From assembly GCA_034435455.1 (NCBI GenBank), contig DAOTXL010000137.1:54687-118686 (forward strand): a stretch of DNA of 64,000 nucleotides. The letters run 5' to 3'. The stretch is from Anaerolineae bacterium. Lineage in GTDB: Bacteria; Chloroflexota; Anaerolineae; JAAYZQ01. The notes below the pieces were generated by a model that was not told the DNA's origin, searched no databases, and saw nothing but the letters and a program-made list of their open reading frames with translations. The position numbers and the translations under genes are program-made. Positions 42,964 through 54,720 of this stretch are shown here, piece by piece. Within the stretch, counting starts at the first letter, position 1. Each line of letters starts with the position of its first letter.

Positions 42964-43365
42964 TTACTGCAGATTGGCCAGCGTGATCGCATCCAGCGTT
43001 TCCGCCAGCCGGTTGCTCACCTTTTCCCACACACTGCGCGCCGTGCACTCCTCCTCGTAGGAACAGGGAGAGCACTTGTGCTCGGCGACGCATTCCACCG
43101 GCAGGATAGAGCCTTCCAGGGCGCGGATGATGTCGCCGGCGGTAATGGCCTGTGGGGGACGGGACAAGAGATAGCCCCCCTGCACCCCCCGTCGGCTTTC
43201 CAGCAGGCCGGCGCGCCGCAGGTCAATGGCAATCTGCTCCAGGTAGGCCTGGGAGATCCCCTGGTGGCGAGCTACCTCGGCCAGTGAGACCGGACCCTGC
43301 CCAAAGCGGCGGGCAAACTCGCTCATGGCCCGCAACCCGTATAGCTCCCTGGCCGATATCCGCAC
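42964..43365 (-). CDS. Rrf2-family transcriptional regulator (CymR/IscR-like)
   Basis: wHTH with C-x6-C-x5-C near the C-terminus; it heads the cysE-cysK-iscS operon. Confidence 0.8.
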   Translation of the reverse strand: MRISARELYGLRAMSEFARRFGQGPVSLAEVARHQGISQAYLEQIAIDLRRAGLLESRRGVQGGYLLSRPPQAITAGDIIRALEGSILPVECVAEHKCSPCSYEEECTARSVWEKVSNRLAETLDAITLANLQ

Positions 43366-43528
43366 CGGACCCCTCCTAATCCCTACTAAAACGTCGGGAT
43401 TATTCTACCACAGGAGTCATGGGCTGTCAAGTAGGGTGGGTACTCAGGGCGTAGAGCGTAAAACGTAAGGCGTGAAGGGCAACTTTGCGCTTTCTTGGCT
43501 TTTGGTGTATCATATTGGAAAGGAGCAG

Positions 43529-45626
43529 AGTGCCCGTGTTGGATATGTTCTTCAATCCCCGGTCGGTGGCCGTGATCGGTGCGTCTCGGACGCCGGGCAA
43601 GTTGGGCTACACCGTGCTCCACAACATCGTCCAACACGGCTACAGGGGGGCTATCTACCCTGTCAACCCAACCGCCGATCAGATTTTGGGCCTGAAGTGC
43701 TATCCCAACATCCTGGCAGTGCCCGGCCCGGTGGACCTGGCCGTCGTAACGGTTCCGGGCAAGATCGTCCCGGCCGTTCTGACCGAATGTGGCGACAAGG
43801 GGGTCAAAGGGGCCATCGTCATCTCGGCCGGGTTCCGGGAGATGGGCCCTGAGGGCCGACACCGGGAACGCGAGATCGTCGAGATCGCCCGGCGGTATGG
43901 GATGCGGTTGATCGGCCCCAACTGCCTGGGCTTGATTGATACCGTCTCTGGGCTGAACGCCTCCTTTGCCGTGGGCATGCCCCGGCGGGGAACGATTGCC
44001 TTCCTGTCGCAATCGGGGGCGCTGTGCACCGCGGTGTTGGACATGGCCCTGGCCGAAGAGGTGGGCTTTTCCCGCTTTGTCAGCCTGGGCAACAAGGCCG
44101 ATACCGACGAAATCGCTTTTCTCGAAGCCTGGCAAGACGACCCGCACACCCGTGTTATTATGGTTTACCTGGAGGGGATCGAAAACGGCCCGGCGTTTAT
44201 GCGGGTGGCCCGGCAGGTGAGCCGTGACAAGCCGATCCTCTGCATCAAGGCGGGGACGACCGGTGCCGGCTCGCGGGCGGTTTCGCTGCATACCGGGGCG
44301 CTGGCCGGCCTGGAGCGGGCCTATGAGGCGGCCTTTCGCCAGAGTGGGGTCATCCGGGCCCGGTCCATTCAGGAACTGTTCGACTATGCCGTTGCCTTTG
44401 CCCGCCAGCCGCCGCTGCGCGATGATCGGATTGCCATTATCACCAACGCCGGCGGGCCGGGCATTATGGCGACCGATGCCTGTGAGCGGGCCGGTTTTCA
44501 ACTGGCCTCCTTTGCGCCGGAGACGATCCAGGCGTTGCGCCAGGCCCTGCCGCCGGCTGCGAGTGGGCTGAATCCGGTGGACCTGCTGGGCGACGCCCCG
44601 GCCGAGCGTTACCGCCTGGCGCTGGAGCCGGTGATCCGGGACCCGAATGTGGGGGGAGTGGTGGTCATCCTCACCCCCCAGGTCATGACCCAGGTAGAGG
44701 AGACCGCTCAGGTGATCGGCGAACTGTCGCAGCGGAGCGACCGGCCGATCCTGGGCTGTTTTATGGGCCGGGGACGGGTGGAGCCGGGCATCCGCCTGCT
44801 CAATCGCTATGGCGTGCCCAACTATCCGGTGCCCGAACGGGCGGTAGCGGCCCTGGCGGCCCTGATGCACCATCGGCGCTGGCGCGAGCGCCCGCCCCAG
44901 GCGCCGGAAAGTTTCGACCTGGACCACGGTCGGGTGCGTCGAGTGCTTGCCGACGCCCGGGCCGAAGGGCGGGTGATGCTGGGCGATGCCGAGGCCGGCG
45001 AGATCCTGGCGGCGTGTGGCATCCCCACGCCTCGCACCTTCCTGGCCGGTGACGCCGAGACCGCCGTGCGCCTGGCCGGCGAGATCGGCTTCCCGGTGGC
45101 GATCAAGGTTGCCTCGCCCGACATTCTGCACCGAACCGATGTGGGGGCCGTCCGGCTCAACGTCGCCGCGCCGGACGAGGTACGCGCTGCTTTTGACCTG
45201 ATCCTCTACCGCGCCCAACGCTACATGCCCGAGGCCGAAATCCAGGGCTGTCTGGTGCAGGAAATGGTGCCGGGCGGCAGGGAGGTCATTGTCGGCATGA
45301 GCCGCGACCCCCACTTTGGCCCGCTGATCCTGTTCGGGTGGGGGGGAGCCTATGCGGAGGTCTGCCCCGAGGTGGCGTGCCGCCTGGCTCCCTTTGACCG
45401 TCGCGAGGTCCGGGAGATGATCGCCGAGGCTCCGGCATACAACCTGCTGCGGGGGGTGCATGGGGAACGACCCTCAGACCTGGAGGCGCTGGTGGAAGCG
45501 ATGTTGCGTCTGGCGCGGTTGGCCCTGGATTTTCCAGGGATTGCCGAGTTCTCCATAAACCCCCTGACCGTCTTGGAGGAAGGCCGGGGGGTGATGGGCA
45601 TTGATATGCGGCTGGTGCTTGGATAG
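43529..45626 (+). CDS. ADP-forming acetyl-CoA synthetase (fused alpha/beta; CoA-binding + ligase-CoA + ATP-grasp)
   Basis: SVAVIGASRTPGKLG, LIGPNCLG, SQSGAL and an ATP-grasp C-terminal half. GTG start 5 nt after AAGGAG; a TTGCGC-N17-TATCAT promoter lies upstream. Confidence 0.8.
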
Positions 45627-45703
45627 CTTGAGGGGGTGAGAAAAGAGCAGCATACCGGTTTACGTTCCGTGTGGTGCATGCGAATTGCTATCGGGAGGGA
45701 TGG

Positions 45704-48087
<2,384 letters not shown>

Positions 48088-48104
48088 TTGAGAGGCAGGC
48101 AGCA

Positions 48105-48431
48105 ATGAAGAGCAGCCCGATTATCCCGACTTATGAGGTCGAAGTCCAGCCTGGTGAGAGGCTGGCCCTGCCCGAGCCGCTTGTTGAGAGCATTGGGGCA
48201 GGGCGCTGGATTATCACCGTACAACCTGCTGTCATGGGAATCCCGGTTACCCCGATCCGCGATCATGCCGCTTTCCTGAACAGCTATACATCAGAAGACG
48301 AAGGGTTGTATGATGACTATCCGGCCAGGTTCAACCCACCGCTGCGCATCGAAGAGGAGCCGGGCGAGGCAGCGCTGTACGCGGGCATGGGAGCGTTCTA
48401 CAACATCAGGCACGGACAATCTGGCCTCTAG
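48105..48431 (+). CDS. Chimeric small ORF: novel 75-aa N-terminus fused in frame to a diverged copy of the last 30 codons of eno
   Basis: MKSSPIIPTYEVEVQPGERLALPEPLVESIGAGRW... then ...FNPPLRIEEEPGEAALYAGMGAFYNIR against the enolase tail [28 protein letters not shown]. At the DNA level 48330-48410 matches 48001-48087. Confidence 0.4.
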   Translation: MKSSPIIPTYEVEVQPGERLALPEPLVESIGAGRWIITVQPAVMGIPVTPIRDHAAFLNSYTSEDEGLYDDYPARFNPPLRIEEEPGEAALYAGMGAFYNIRHGQSGL

Positions 48432-48544
48432 CACCTGACAACGAACCATTCTGAAGTGGGGACCTGGCCGGAAATGCGCTTTTTCCACCGGCTGAAGCCT
48501 CCGCTTCGGCAAGCTGTGGGAAGGAGGGTGGAGTCGAGCTTTGG

Positions 48545-48613
48545 AGCCTGTCTGAGAACCTGTGGGGCAGTCTGGAAAGCCTGCCCGGATACACCCGTTT
48601 TCGGATGGGTTCC
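48545..48613. repeat. Dispersed intergenic repeat, copy 2 (homologous to 19991..20076)
   Basis: About 80 percent identity over about 70 nt including the hairpin GGGCAG(G/U)CU-N4-AG(A/C)CUGCCC. Flanked by imperfect direct repeats GCTGAAGCCTCCGCTTCGGC (48491) and GTGAAGCCTCCCCTCCGGCG (48647). Confidence 0.45.
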
Positions 48614-48779
48614 TGGTTTTCGCAGGAAACGCACCTTTTTTCATCGGTGAAGCCTCCCCTCCGGCGTCTGTGAAAAAGGAGGTGATCAGGCCAGGGAACC
48701 CTTGTTCCGGTTGAGGAGGCAGTGTTCCAACGGAAAGTGTCGGCCTGAGCCGATAACACACAAAGAAGGGGAGGAAACC

Positions 48780-50177
48780 ATGTCTACCAGGAGAATGTTG
48801 TTGGTCGTTTGGGTCGCCAGCGCCGTGGTGCTGGCTCTGAGCGCCGGCCCCCAGCCGGCCGCCACAGTCAACGCCCTGTCCCCGGCAGGGACGACCGTTC
48901 CCTATTCCGGGCGTCTAGGCGACGAGGCGGGACAGCCGGTCGTCGACGGAGCGTACGACTTGAGCTTTGCGTTGTACGACACTCCGGAGGGTGGCAGCTT
49001 ACTCTGGTCAGAAACCCAAACCGGAGTGGCGGTGCAGGGCGGCTTTTTTACCTGCCAATTGGGCAGTGTGAACCCCTTACCGGCCGGCGTGCGGGAGGGG
49101 CAGGGGTGGCTGGCGGTCGGCGTGCGCGGGCCGGGGGAAACCGATTTTACGGCGTTGAATCCACGCCAGGCGTGGAGCGCCTCGCCGGCCAGCCCCACCA
49201 ACGGCGGAGCTTGCCCCCACGACCACTTTGGGGAAACCTGGACCGGAACCGGCCTGGCATTGGCCCTGAATAGCAGCTATGCCGACAACGAGACTCTGTA
49301 CGTTACGAACAATGCCACATCTGGTGATGGGATTCGCGTTTACAATTCCGGCACAGGATCCAACGATGCTGCCGTGAAGGGGAGCAACCTCTCCTCCGGA
49401 CTCGGCATACGTGGCTCGAGCACTACCGGCATTGGCGTCAAAGGTACCAGTGGCTGGGTGGGTGTTTGGGGGGAATCCACGGCAGCGGCCAACGGCGTAG
49501 GCGTAGCCGGCCTGGCCAACGCCTCTGGCTGTTCTACCGGCATCGGGGGTTGCTACGGCGTCCAGGGCAGCAGCACCAACGGGTATGGCGTGGAAGGGGT
49601 TACCGACGGCAGCGGCGTGGCCGTACATGCCTATAGCAACGGCAACGGCGTCGCCCTGCGCGTCGAGGGCCAGTATAGCGGCAACCTGATTGAAGCCTAT
49701 CATGGCCCGCTGTTCCTTGATCGCGAGTTCTACGTGAGCAGCACAGGCGAGGTCTACGCCGATGGCCAGTTCCATTCCGGCGGCGCTGACCTGGCCGAGA
49801 TGCTGCCGGCGGCCAAGGGGCTGGAGCCGGGCGACGTGTTGGTGATGGGAACAGACGGCAGGCTGACCCGTTGCACGCAGGCCTATCAGACCAGCGTCGT
49901 CGGCGTATATTCGACCAGGCCCGGTTTTGTGGGCGGCGCTGAAGACGGCGCCGACCTGAGCGGCAAAGTGCCGCTGGCGGTGGTGGGCGTCGCGCCGGTG
50001 AAGGTCACCGCCGAAAATGGTTCCATCCAGCCCGGCGACCTGCTGGTGGCCTCGTCCACCCCTGGCCACGCCATGAAAGCCGGCCCCAATCCGCCCGTCG
50101 GCACGGTCATCGGCAAGGCGCTGGGCGCGCTACAGTCCGGCACCGGTGTCATCCAGATGCTGGTCACTTTGCAGTAG
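48780..50177 (+). CDS. Secreted glycine-rich beta-helix/tail-fibre-like repeat protein
   Basis: Signal peptide then an N-domain (..GAYDLSFALYDTPEGGSLLWSETQTGVAVQGGFF..). The middle carries about 10 GxxGxGV(K/E)G repeats. The conserved C-domain reads ..VVGVYSTRPGF..PLAVVGVAPVKV..GDLLVASSTPGHAMKA..IGKAL..VTLQ. Confidence 0.55.
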   Translation: MSTRRMLLVVWVASAVVLALSAGPQPAATVNALSPAGTTVPYSGRLGDEAGQPVVDGAYDLSFALYDTPEGGSLLWSETQTGVAVQGGFFTCQLGSVNPLPAGVREGQGWLAVGVRGPGETDFTALNPRQAWSASPASPTNGGACPHDHFGETWTGTGLALALNSSYADNETLYVTNNATSGDGIRVYNSGTGSNDAAVKGSNLSSGLGIRGSSTTGIGVKGTSGWVGVWGESTAAANGVGVAGLANASGCSTGIGGCYGVQGSSTNGYGVEGVTDGSGVAVHAYSNGNGVALRVEGQYSGNLIEAYHGPLFLDREFYVSSTGEVYADGQFHSGGADLAEMLPAAKGLEPGDVLVMGTDGRLTRCTQAYQTSVVGVYSTRPGFVGGAEDGADLSGKVPLAVVGVAPVKVTAENGSIQPGDLLVASSTPGHAMKAGPNPPVGTVIGKALGALQSGTGVIQMLVTLQ

Positions 50178-50188
50178 GAGGGAGGACG

Positions 50189-50455
50189 ATGAAAGCAGGG
50201 GTTGTCATCTTGCTCGTCGCGCTCGCCGGCGCCCTGTTCGTGAGCGGCATCGTTCTGGCCCAGGGCGGCGGCAGCACTCAGCCCGGCGTGACGACCCTCA
50301 GCGGGGGCCACTACCGGCTGGTCAGCCTGGAGGCGCCGACGGGCCTGCTTGCCAGCGGCGGGGGGTACCGCCTGCTGGCGTCCCTCCCTGCGGGGCCTGT
50401 CGGCAGCGGCTGCTGCTGCACCTACCTGCCCTGCGTGTTGCGCACCTTCCCGTAG
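50189..50455 (+). CDS. Small secreted Cys-rich protein (88 aa) co-transcribed with the repeat protein
   Basis: Signal peptide, two GG(H/G)YRL(V/L)(S/A)SL repeats and a C-terminal GSGCCCTYLPCVLRTFP; GGAGGGAGG RBS 12 nt after the upstream stop. Confidence 0.45.
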   Translation: MKAGVVILLVALAGALFVSGIVLAQGGGSTQPGVTTLSGGHYRLVSLEAPTGLLASGGGYRLLASLPAGPVGSGCCCTYLPCVLRTFP

Positions 50456-50516
50456 GAGGTCAAGGACGCATATCAGATTCTATGCGTCCTCCGCTACGGC
50501 GGGTAGAATGACGTAC

Positions 50517-50559
50517 GGACCTCCCGCAGGTTGAGAACCTGCGGGAGGTCTGGTTTGCC
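50517..50559 (+). terminator. Rho-independent terminator (13-bp stem GGACCTCCCGCAGG/CCTGCGGGAGGTC + UGGUUUGCC)
   Basis: Perfect inverted repeat after the two-gene unit; a second 10-bp hairpin lies at 50463-50490. Confidence 0.5.
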
Positions 50560-50583
50560 GTTGCTGCCCGATTGTGCTATACT
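50555..50583 (+). promoter_or_regulatory. Sigma70-like promoter TTGCCG-N17-TGcTATACT
   Basis: The -10 is 18 nt upstream of the ATG at 50602, giving a very short leader. Confidence 0.4.
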
Positions 50584-50601
50584 ATCCCCGTGGCCGATCT
50601 G

Positions 50602-51456
50602 ATGGTTCCCGCCCAATGGAGTTGCCTCGACGTGGAGGATTGGCGCGGTGTTGTGATGGTGATCGGCGCTTCCGATACGGGCAAGTCCACGTTGGCCCGC
50701 TACCTGTTTCAGGAGCTATGTCGTCATGGCCGCCGCGCCGCCTACCTGGACGGCGACGTGGGCCAGAGCACGTTGGGGGTGCCGACCACCATGACCGTGG
50801 CGCTGACCTCGGCGCCGGGCGACGATCGCTTTCCACCTCATGGCCCGCGGGCAACCTATTTCGTCGGAGCCACCACGCCGCGCGGGCACATGCTACCCAC
50901 GGTGATCGGCTGCTATCGTCTCCGGCAAAAGGCGCTGGCCCTGGGCGCCGAGGCGATCGTGGTGGACACCACCGGCCTGGTGGACCCCGCGGAAGGAGGC
51001 AAGGCGCTCAAACAGTGGAAGGTTGAGCTGTTGGCCCCCTCGGTGGTGATCGGCCTGCAGCGGCGGCACGAGCTGGAGCCGATCCTGTGGCCGCTGCGCC
51101 GCGAGGGGCGGCTGCGCTGTATTGAGCTTTCTGTCTCGCCCCACGCTGTGGAACGGCCCCGCGAGGTGCGCATCGCCCGGCGACGGGAGCGGCTGGTCGC
51201 CTACTTTGAGGCGGCCCGGCCCCAACTGCTGGAGTTCAGGCGGCTGGCGGCCTACGACCTGGAGCGGCTGGCCGTGGGTGCCCTCCTGGCGTTCCAGGAT
51301 GCCGAGGGCCTGGTCCTGAGCCTGGGTGCGGTCGAGGAAACCGACCGGCTGGGCGGCACAGCCATAGTGCGTACGCCGTTGCCGGGCCTGGAGGGGGTGT
51401 GCAGTGTGCGCTTTGGTGCGGCCCGCTGGGACCTGGTCAACCGACGGGAATTGTGA
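50602..51456 (+). CDS. Clp1/Grc3-family polynucleotide 5'-hydroxyl kinase homolog (CLP1_P P-loop domain)
   Basis: VMVIGASDTGKSTLARYLFQELCRHGRRAAYLDGDVGQSTLGVPTTMTVAL parallels eukaryotic/archaeal Clp1 (VMVVGPTDVGKST...ELDVGQGS..IPGTM). Confidence 0.6.
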   Translation: MVPAQWSCLDVEDWRGVVMVIGASDTGKSTLARYLFQELCRHGRRAAYLDGDVGQSTLGVPTTMTVALTSAPGDDRFPPHGPRATYFVGATTPRGHMLPTVIGCYRLRQKALALGAEAIVVDTTGLVDPAEGGKALKQWKVELLAPSVVIGLQRRHELEPILWPLRREGRLRCIELSVSPHAVERPREVRIARRRERLVAYFEAARPQLLEFRRLAAYDLERLAVGALLAFQDAEGLVLSLGAVEETDRLGGTAIVRTPLPGLEGVCSVRFGAARWDLVNRREL

Positions 51457-52674
51457 ATGAAGCCAAAATTGCGAGAGGTTGAAGCCCATCCCATCCGCTA
51501 TCAGGGCCAGCCGATGATCCTGCTGCGCGACCCGCTGCGCCTAAGCGATGCCCAGATCGCCGTCCCCCGGCCCCTGGCTCCGCTGCTGGGGCTGATGGAC
51601 GGCAGCCGCGACGAATCAGAGTTGGAGGCGGCGCTGCTGCTCCGCGCCGGGGTGCGGCTGGCCCCTGGCCTGCTGTCCAAACTGCTGGCCGACCTGGACG
51701 CGGCCTGCCTGCTGGACAATGAGCGTTTTGCCGAGGCCAAAGCGGCCGCGTTGCGGGCCTACCGCGAAGCGCCCTTTCGCCCCCTGGCCTCCCTGGATGG
51801 TTCTGGAGCGGCTGACGACCCCGACCGGGTGGCCGCTCATTTGCAAGGCTATCTGGACGCCCTGCCGCCGGCGGAGCAGCCGGCAGACGACCGGCCGATC
51901 CGGGGCCTGATCAGCCCCCACATTGATTACCAGCGCGGCGGGCCGGTGTATGCCCAGGTGTGGCGGGCGGCGGCCCAGGCGGCCTGCCAGGCCGAGCTGG
52001 TCATCATCCTGGGCACCGATCACCAGGGCGACGACGGCACGCTGACCCTCACCGGCCGGTCGTATGCCACGCCGTGGGGGGTATTGCCCACCGATGATGA
52101 GGCGGTGGCCGCCCTGGCAGAGGCGTTGGGCCGGGAAGCGGCCTTTGCCGGAGAACTGAACCACCGCAGTGAACACTCGGTCGAACTGGCCGCCGTATGG
52201 CTCCACTTTATCCGTGGCCGTCGGCCGGTGTCGCTGCTGCCGATCTTGTGCGGAAGCTTCGGCGGCTTTATAGCCGGTACGGGCGATCCGGCTACCCATC
52301 CACCCTTTGTTGCTGCCCTGGAGGTGCTGCGGAGGGTGATGGCCGCCCGCCGGACGTTGGTGGTCGCCGCCGCCGACCTGGCTCACGTTGGGCCGGCCTT
52401 TGGCGACCCCAGAGGGTTGGATTTTATCGCCAGGGCCCAACTGCACAACGCCGACGAACGGTTGCTGGCGGCGGTCTATGCCGGGGATGCGACCGCCTTT
52501 TTCGAGCAGTTAAAGGCCGAGGGTGACCGGCGGCATGTATGTGGCCTGCCGCCCATCTATCTGACATTGCGGCTGTTGGACGGGGCGCAGGGGGAGCCGG
52601 CCGGCTACGCCCAGTGCCCGGCCGATCCGCAGGGGCTATCGTGGGTGACGATTGCCGGAGTAATTCTACGGTGA
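51457..52674 (+). CDS. MEMO1-family (AmmeMemoRadiSam system protein B-like) with a 130-aa N-terminal extension
   Basis: ISPHIDYQRGG...ILGTDH...AAADLAHVG...HVCGLPPI core motifs; the ATG directly follows the upstream TGA. Confidence 0.7.
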   Translation: MKPKLREVEAHPIRYQGQPMILLRDPLRLSDAQIAVPRPLAPLLGLMDGSRDESELEAALLLRAGVRLAPGLLSKLLADLDAACLLDNERFAEAKAAALRAYREAPFRPLASLDGSGAADDPDRVAAHLQGYLDALPPAEQPADDRPIRGLISPHIDYQRGGPVYAQVWRAAAQAACQAELVIILGTDHQGDDGTLTLTGRSYATPWGVLPTDDEAVAALAEALGREAAFAGELNHRSEHSVELAAVWLHFIRGRRPVSLLPILCGSFGGFIAGTGDPATHPPFVAALEVLRRVMAARRTLVVAAADLAHVGPAFGDPRGLDFIARAQLHNADERLLAAVYAGDATAFFEQLKAEGDRRHVCGLPPIYLTLRLLDGAQGEPAGYAQCPADPQGLSWVTIAGVILR

Positions 52675-52686
52675 GGGGAACTGTTC

Positions 52687-52721
52687 AGGTGCCAGGCACT
52701 TTCTACAAGTGCCTGGCACCT
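52687..52721. promoter_or_regulatory. Dyad-symmetric element, copy B (two AAGTGCCWGGCACTT 15-mers, 5-bp spacer)
   Basis: aactgttcAGGTGCCAGGCACTTtctacAAGTGCCTGGCACct, between the Memo-like gene and the DUF4139 gene. Confidence 0.5.
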
Positions 52722-52762
52722 TTGGCGAGTCGGTCTGAATAGTAGCGGGGAAAGGAGCAAAT

Positions 52763-54697
52763 ATGACCTGCCTACCCATTGTGCACATGACCCTGTACAA
52801 ACATGGCATCGGCTTTTTCGAGCGCCGGGCCCGGCTCAGCGGCGAGGAGGTGGCCCTCTCCTTCCGCGTGGAAGAGATGAACGACATCCTCAAGAGCCTG
52901 ACGGCCATTGACCGGGGTGGCGGACAGGTGTTGGGCGTGGACTATGCCACCCCCCAGAGCCGGGAGGAGCGGCTGGCCGGCTGTTCGGTGCGCCTGGGCG
53001 ACGACCGCAGCCTGCGCGACCTCCTGATCGGCCTGCGTGGGCGACGGGTGCGGTTGCTGCTCGACCAGGAGGAGACGGCCAGCGGCACCTTGCTGGGGTT
53101 GGACGAAGTGCCGGAGCGGCAGCCGCTGAGCACGGCGCTGGTCTCGTTGTTGCTGGAGGAGACGGCGCAGGTGCAGGTGGTGAACCTGGGGCGGGTGCAG
53201 GGGGTCGAAATCCTGGACGAGCGAGGGGTGGGTGACCTGCGCTTCTTCCTGCAGACGGCCCTCACCCAGGAGGACTATCGTCAGGTGACGATCCGCCTGA
53301 CGCCCGGCGAGCACGACCTCTCGGTCAGCTACATCGCCCCGGCGCCAACCTGGCGGGTCAGCTACCGCCTGGTGGCCGAACCGGAGACGGACGATGGGCC
53401 GCGGGCCCTGCTGCAGGGGTGGGGCATTTTCGATAACCGGCTGGAGGAAGACCTGAAGGATATCTCCCTGTCGTTGGTGGCGGGCATGCCCATCAGTTTT
53501 GTCTACGACCTGTACACCCCTTTCATGCCCAGGCGCCCGGTCGTGGAAGAAGAAGCCCGCGTCGCTGCGGCACCGGTCCAGTTTGCCGAGGCGACGTTGG
53601 GCGCGGAACCGGAAGCGGCTCCTGCCCCGATGGAGATGGCTGCGATGAGGATGGCCGCGCCGATGGCTCCGCCGCTGCCGCCTGCCATTGACCGCCGGGC
53701 GTTGGCCCAGGCTACGGCGGTGACAACTACCGGGGAATCGCTGGGGGAGCTGTTCCAGTACCTCATCGGCACGCCGGTGACGGTCGGGCGTGGCCAGTCG
53801 GCCATGGTGCCCATCCTCTCGGCGGACCTGAGCTATCGCAAGGATCTGCTCTACAACGGCAGCAAGATGCCGACCCATCCGGTGGCCACCCTGCGCCTCA
53901 AAAACGAGACCGGCCTGACCCTGGAACGCGGCCCGGTGGCCGTCATCGAGCGGGGCGAGTATGTGGGTGAGGCGGTGCTGTCCTTCACCGCCGCCGGCGG
54001 CGAGGTGGTGGTGCCCTATGCGGTGGAATTGGGCATCAGGGTGCGTGAGGAGAGCGGTTCCAGCCGCGAGGTCCACCGCCTGTGGATCAAAGGGGCCTAC
54101 CTGCACTTCGAGGAGTGGGAGGTCCGCTGGCGGGAGTATCAGCTCACCAACCGTACCGGCAAGGCGGTGACCGTGTTGGTCGAGCATCCCCGCACAGCCC
54201 AGTACGACCTGTGGGACACGCCGGAGCCGACAGAACGCACCGAGGAGCAGTACCGTTTCGCGGCCAGGGTCCCGGCGCGGGGCGAGTCGGGGCTACGGGT
54301 ACAGGAGCGCCGCCTGGTCAGCCGTTATGAGGATCTGCAGAGGCAATCGTACGATCTCTTGCAACGCTATCTGCAGCGGGGGTTGTTGGATCGGAAGGCC
54401 TGTGACCGCGCGGCCAGGCTGCTGCGGTTGTGGGAAGAGGTCAAGAATGCTGAGGGGCAATTGGGGAAACTGGATCAGGAGCGGCAAAAGATCTACAAGG
54501 CCCAGCAACAGATCCAGGGGAATATGGGGGCGCTATCCACGACGGGCAAAGAGGGAACCTTGCGGGCCCAGTATGTGGATCAGTTGCAGGCCAGCGAAGA
54601 GAGGCTGAAGGAGGTAGATCGGCAGGAGGCGGGTCTGAAGGCCGGGCTCGAGCGGCTGAAAGCGGAGATCGAGGCGGAGTTGAAGGCCCTCGAATAG
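52763..54697 (+). CDS. DUF4139/DUF4140-like protein with a C-terminal coiled coil
   Basis: 644 aa. N-terminus ..VHMTLYKHGIGFFERRARLSGEE.. and a long charged helical tail (..LERLKAEIEAELKALE). The family assignment is tentative. Confidence 0.45.
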   Translation: MTCLPIVHMTLYKHGIGFFERRARLSGEEVALSFRVEEMNDILKSLTAIDRGGGQVLGVDYATPQSREERLAGCSVRLGDDRSLRDLLIGLRGRRVRLLLDQEETASGTLLGLDEVPERQPLSTALVSLLLEETAQVQVVNLGRVQGVEILDERGVGDLRFFLQTALTQEDYRQVTIRLTPGEHDLSVSYIAPAPTWRVSYRLVAEPETDDGPRALLQGWGIFDNRLEEDLKDISLSLVAGMPISFVYDLYTPFMPRRPVVEEEARVAAAPVQFAEATLGAEPEAAPAPMEMAAMRMAAPMAPPLPPAIDRRALAQATAVTTTGESLGELFQYLIGTPVTVGRGQSAMVPILSADLSYRKDLLYNGSKMPTHPVATLRLKNETGLTLERGPVAVIERGEYVGEAVLSFTAAGGEVVVPYAVELGIRVREESGSSREVHRLWIKGAYLHFEEWEVRWREYQLTNRTGKAVTVLVEHPRTAQYDLWDTPEPTERTEEQYRFAARVPARGESGLRVQERRLVSRYEDLQRQSYDLLQRYLQRGLLDRKACDRAARLLRLWEEVKNAEGQLGKLDQERQKIYKAQQQIQGNMGALSTTGKEGTLRAQYVDQLQASEERLKEVDRQEAGLKAGLERLKAEIEAELKALE

Positions 54698-54720
54698 GCA
54701 GGGGCCGGGTAGTATCGGCT

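Noticed and set aside
43366-43528. Possible Rrf2/CymR operator repeats (GCGTAGAGCGTAAAACGTAAGGCGTGAAGG) in the divergent region between the Rrf2 gene and the ACS gene
   Set aside because: GCGT direct repeats are visible, but I could not match them to the IscR/CymR consensus, so this is left as unassigned regulatory sequence.
43386-45461. 691-aa minus-strand ORF
   Set aside because: It lies fully antisense to the well-supported ADP-forming acetyl-CoA synthetase. Its composition is Arg/Pro/Gly-rich, typical of GC-rich antisense frames, and it matches no family.
52772-54187. 471-aa minus-strand ORF
   Set aside because: It is antisense to the DUF4139-like gene. It has an R/G/H/Q-rich low-complexity translation and no RBS.
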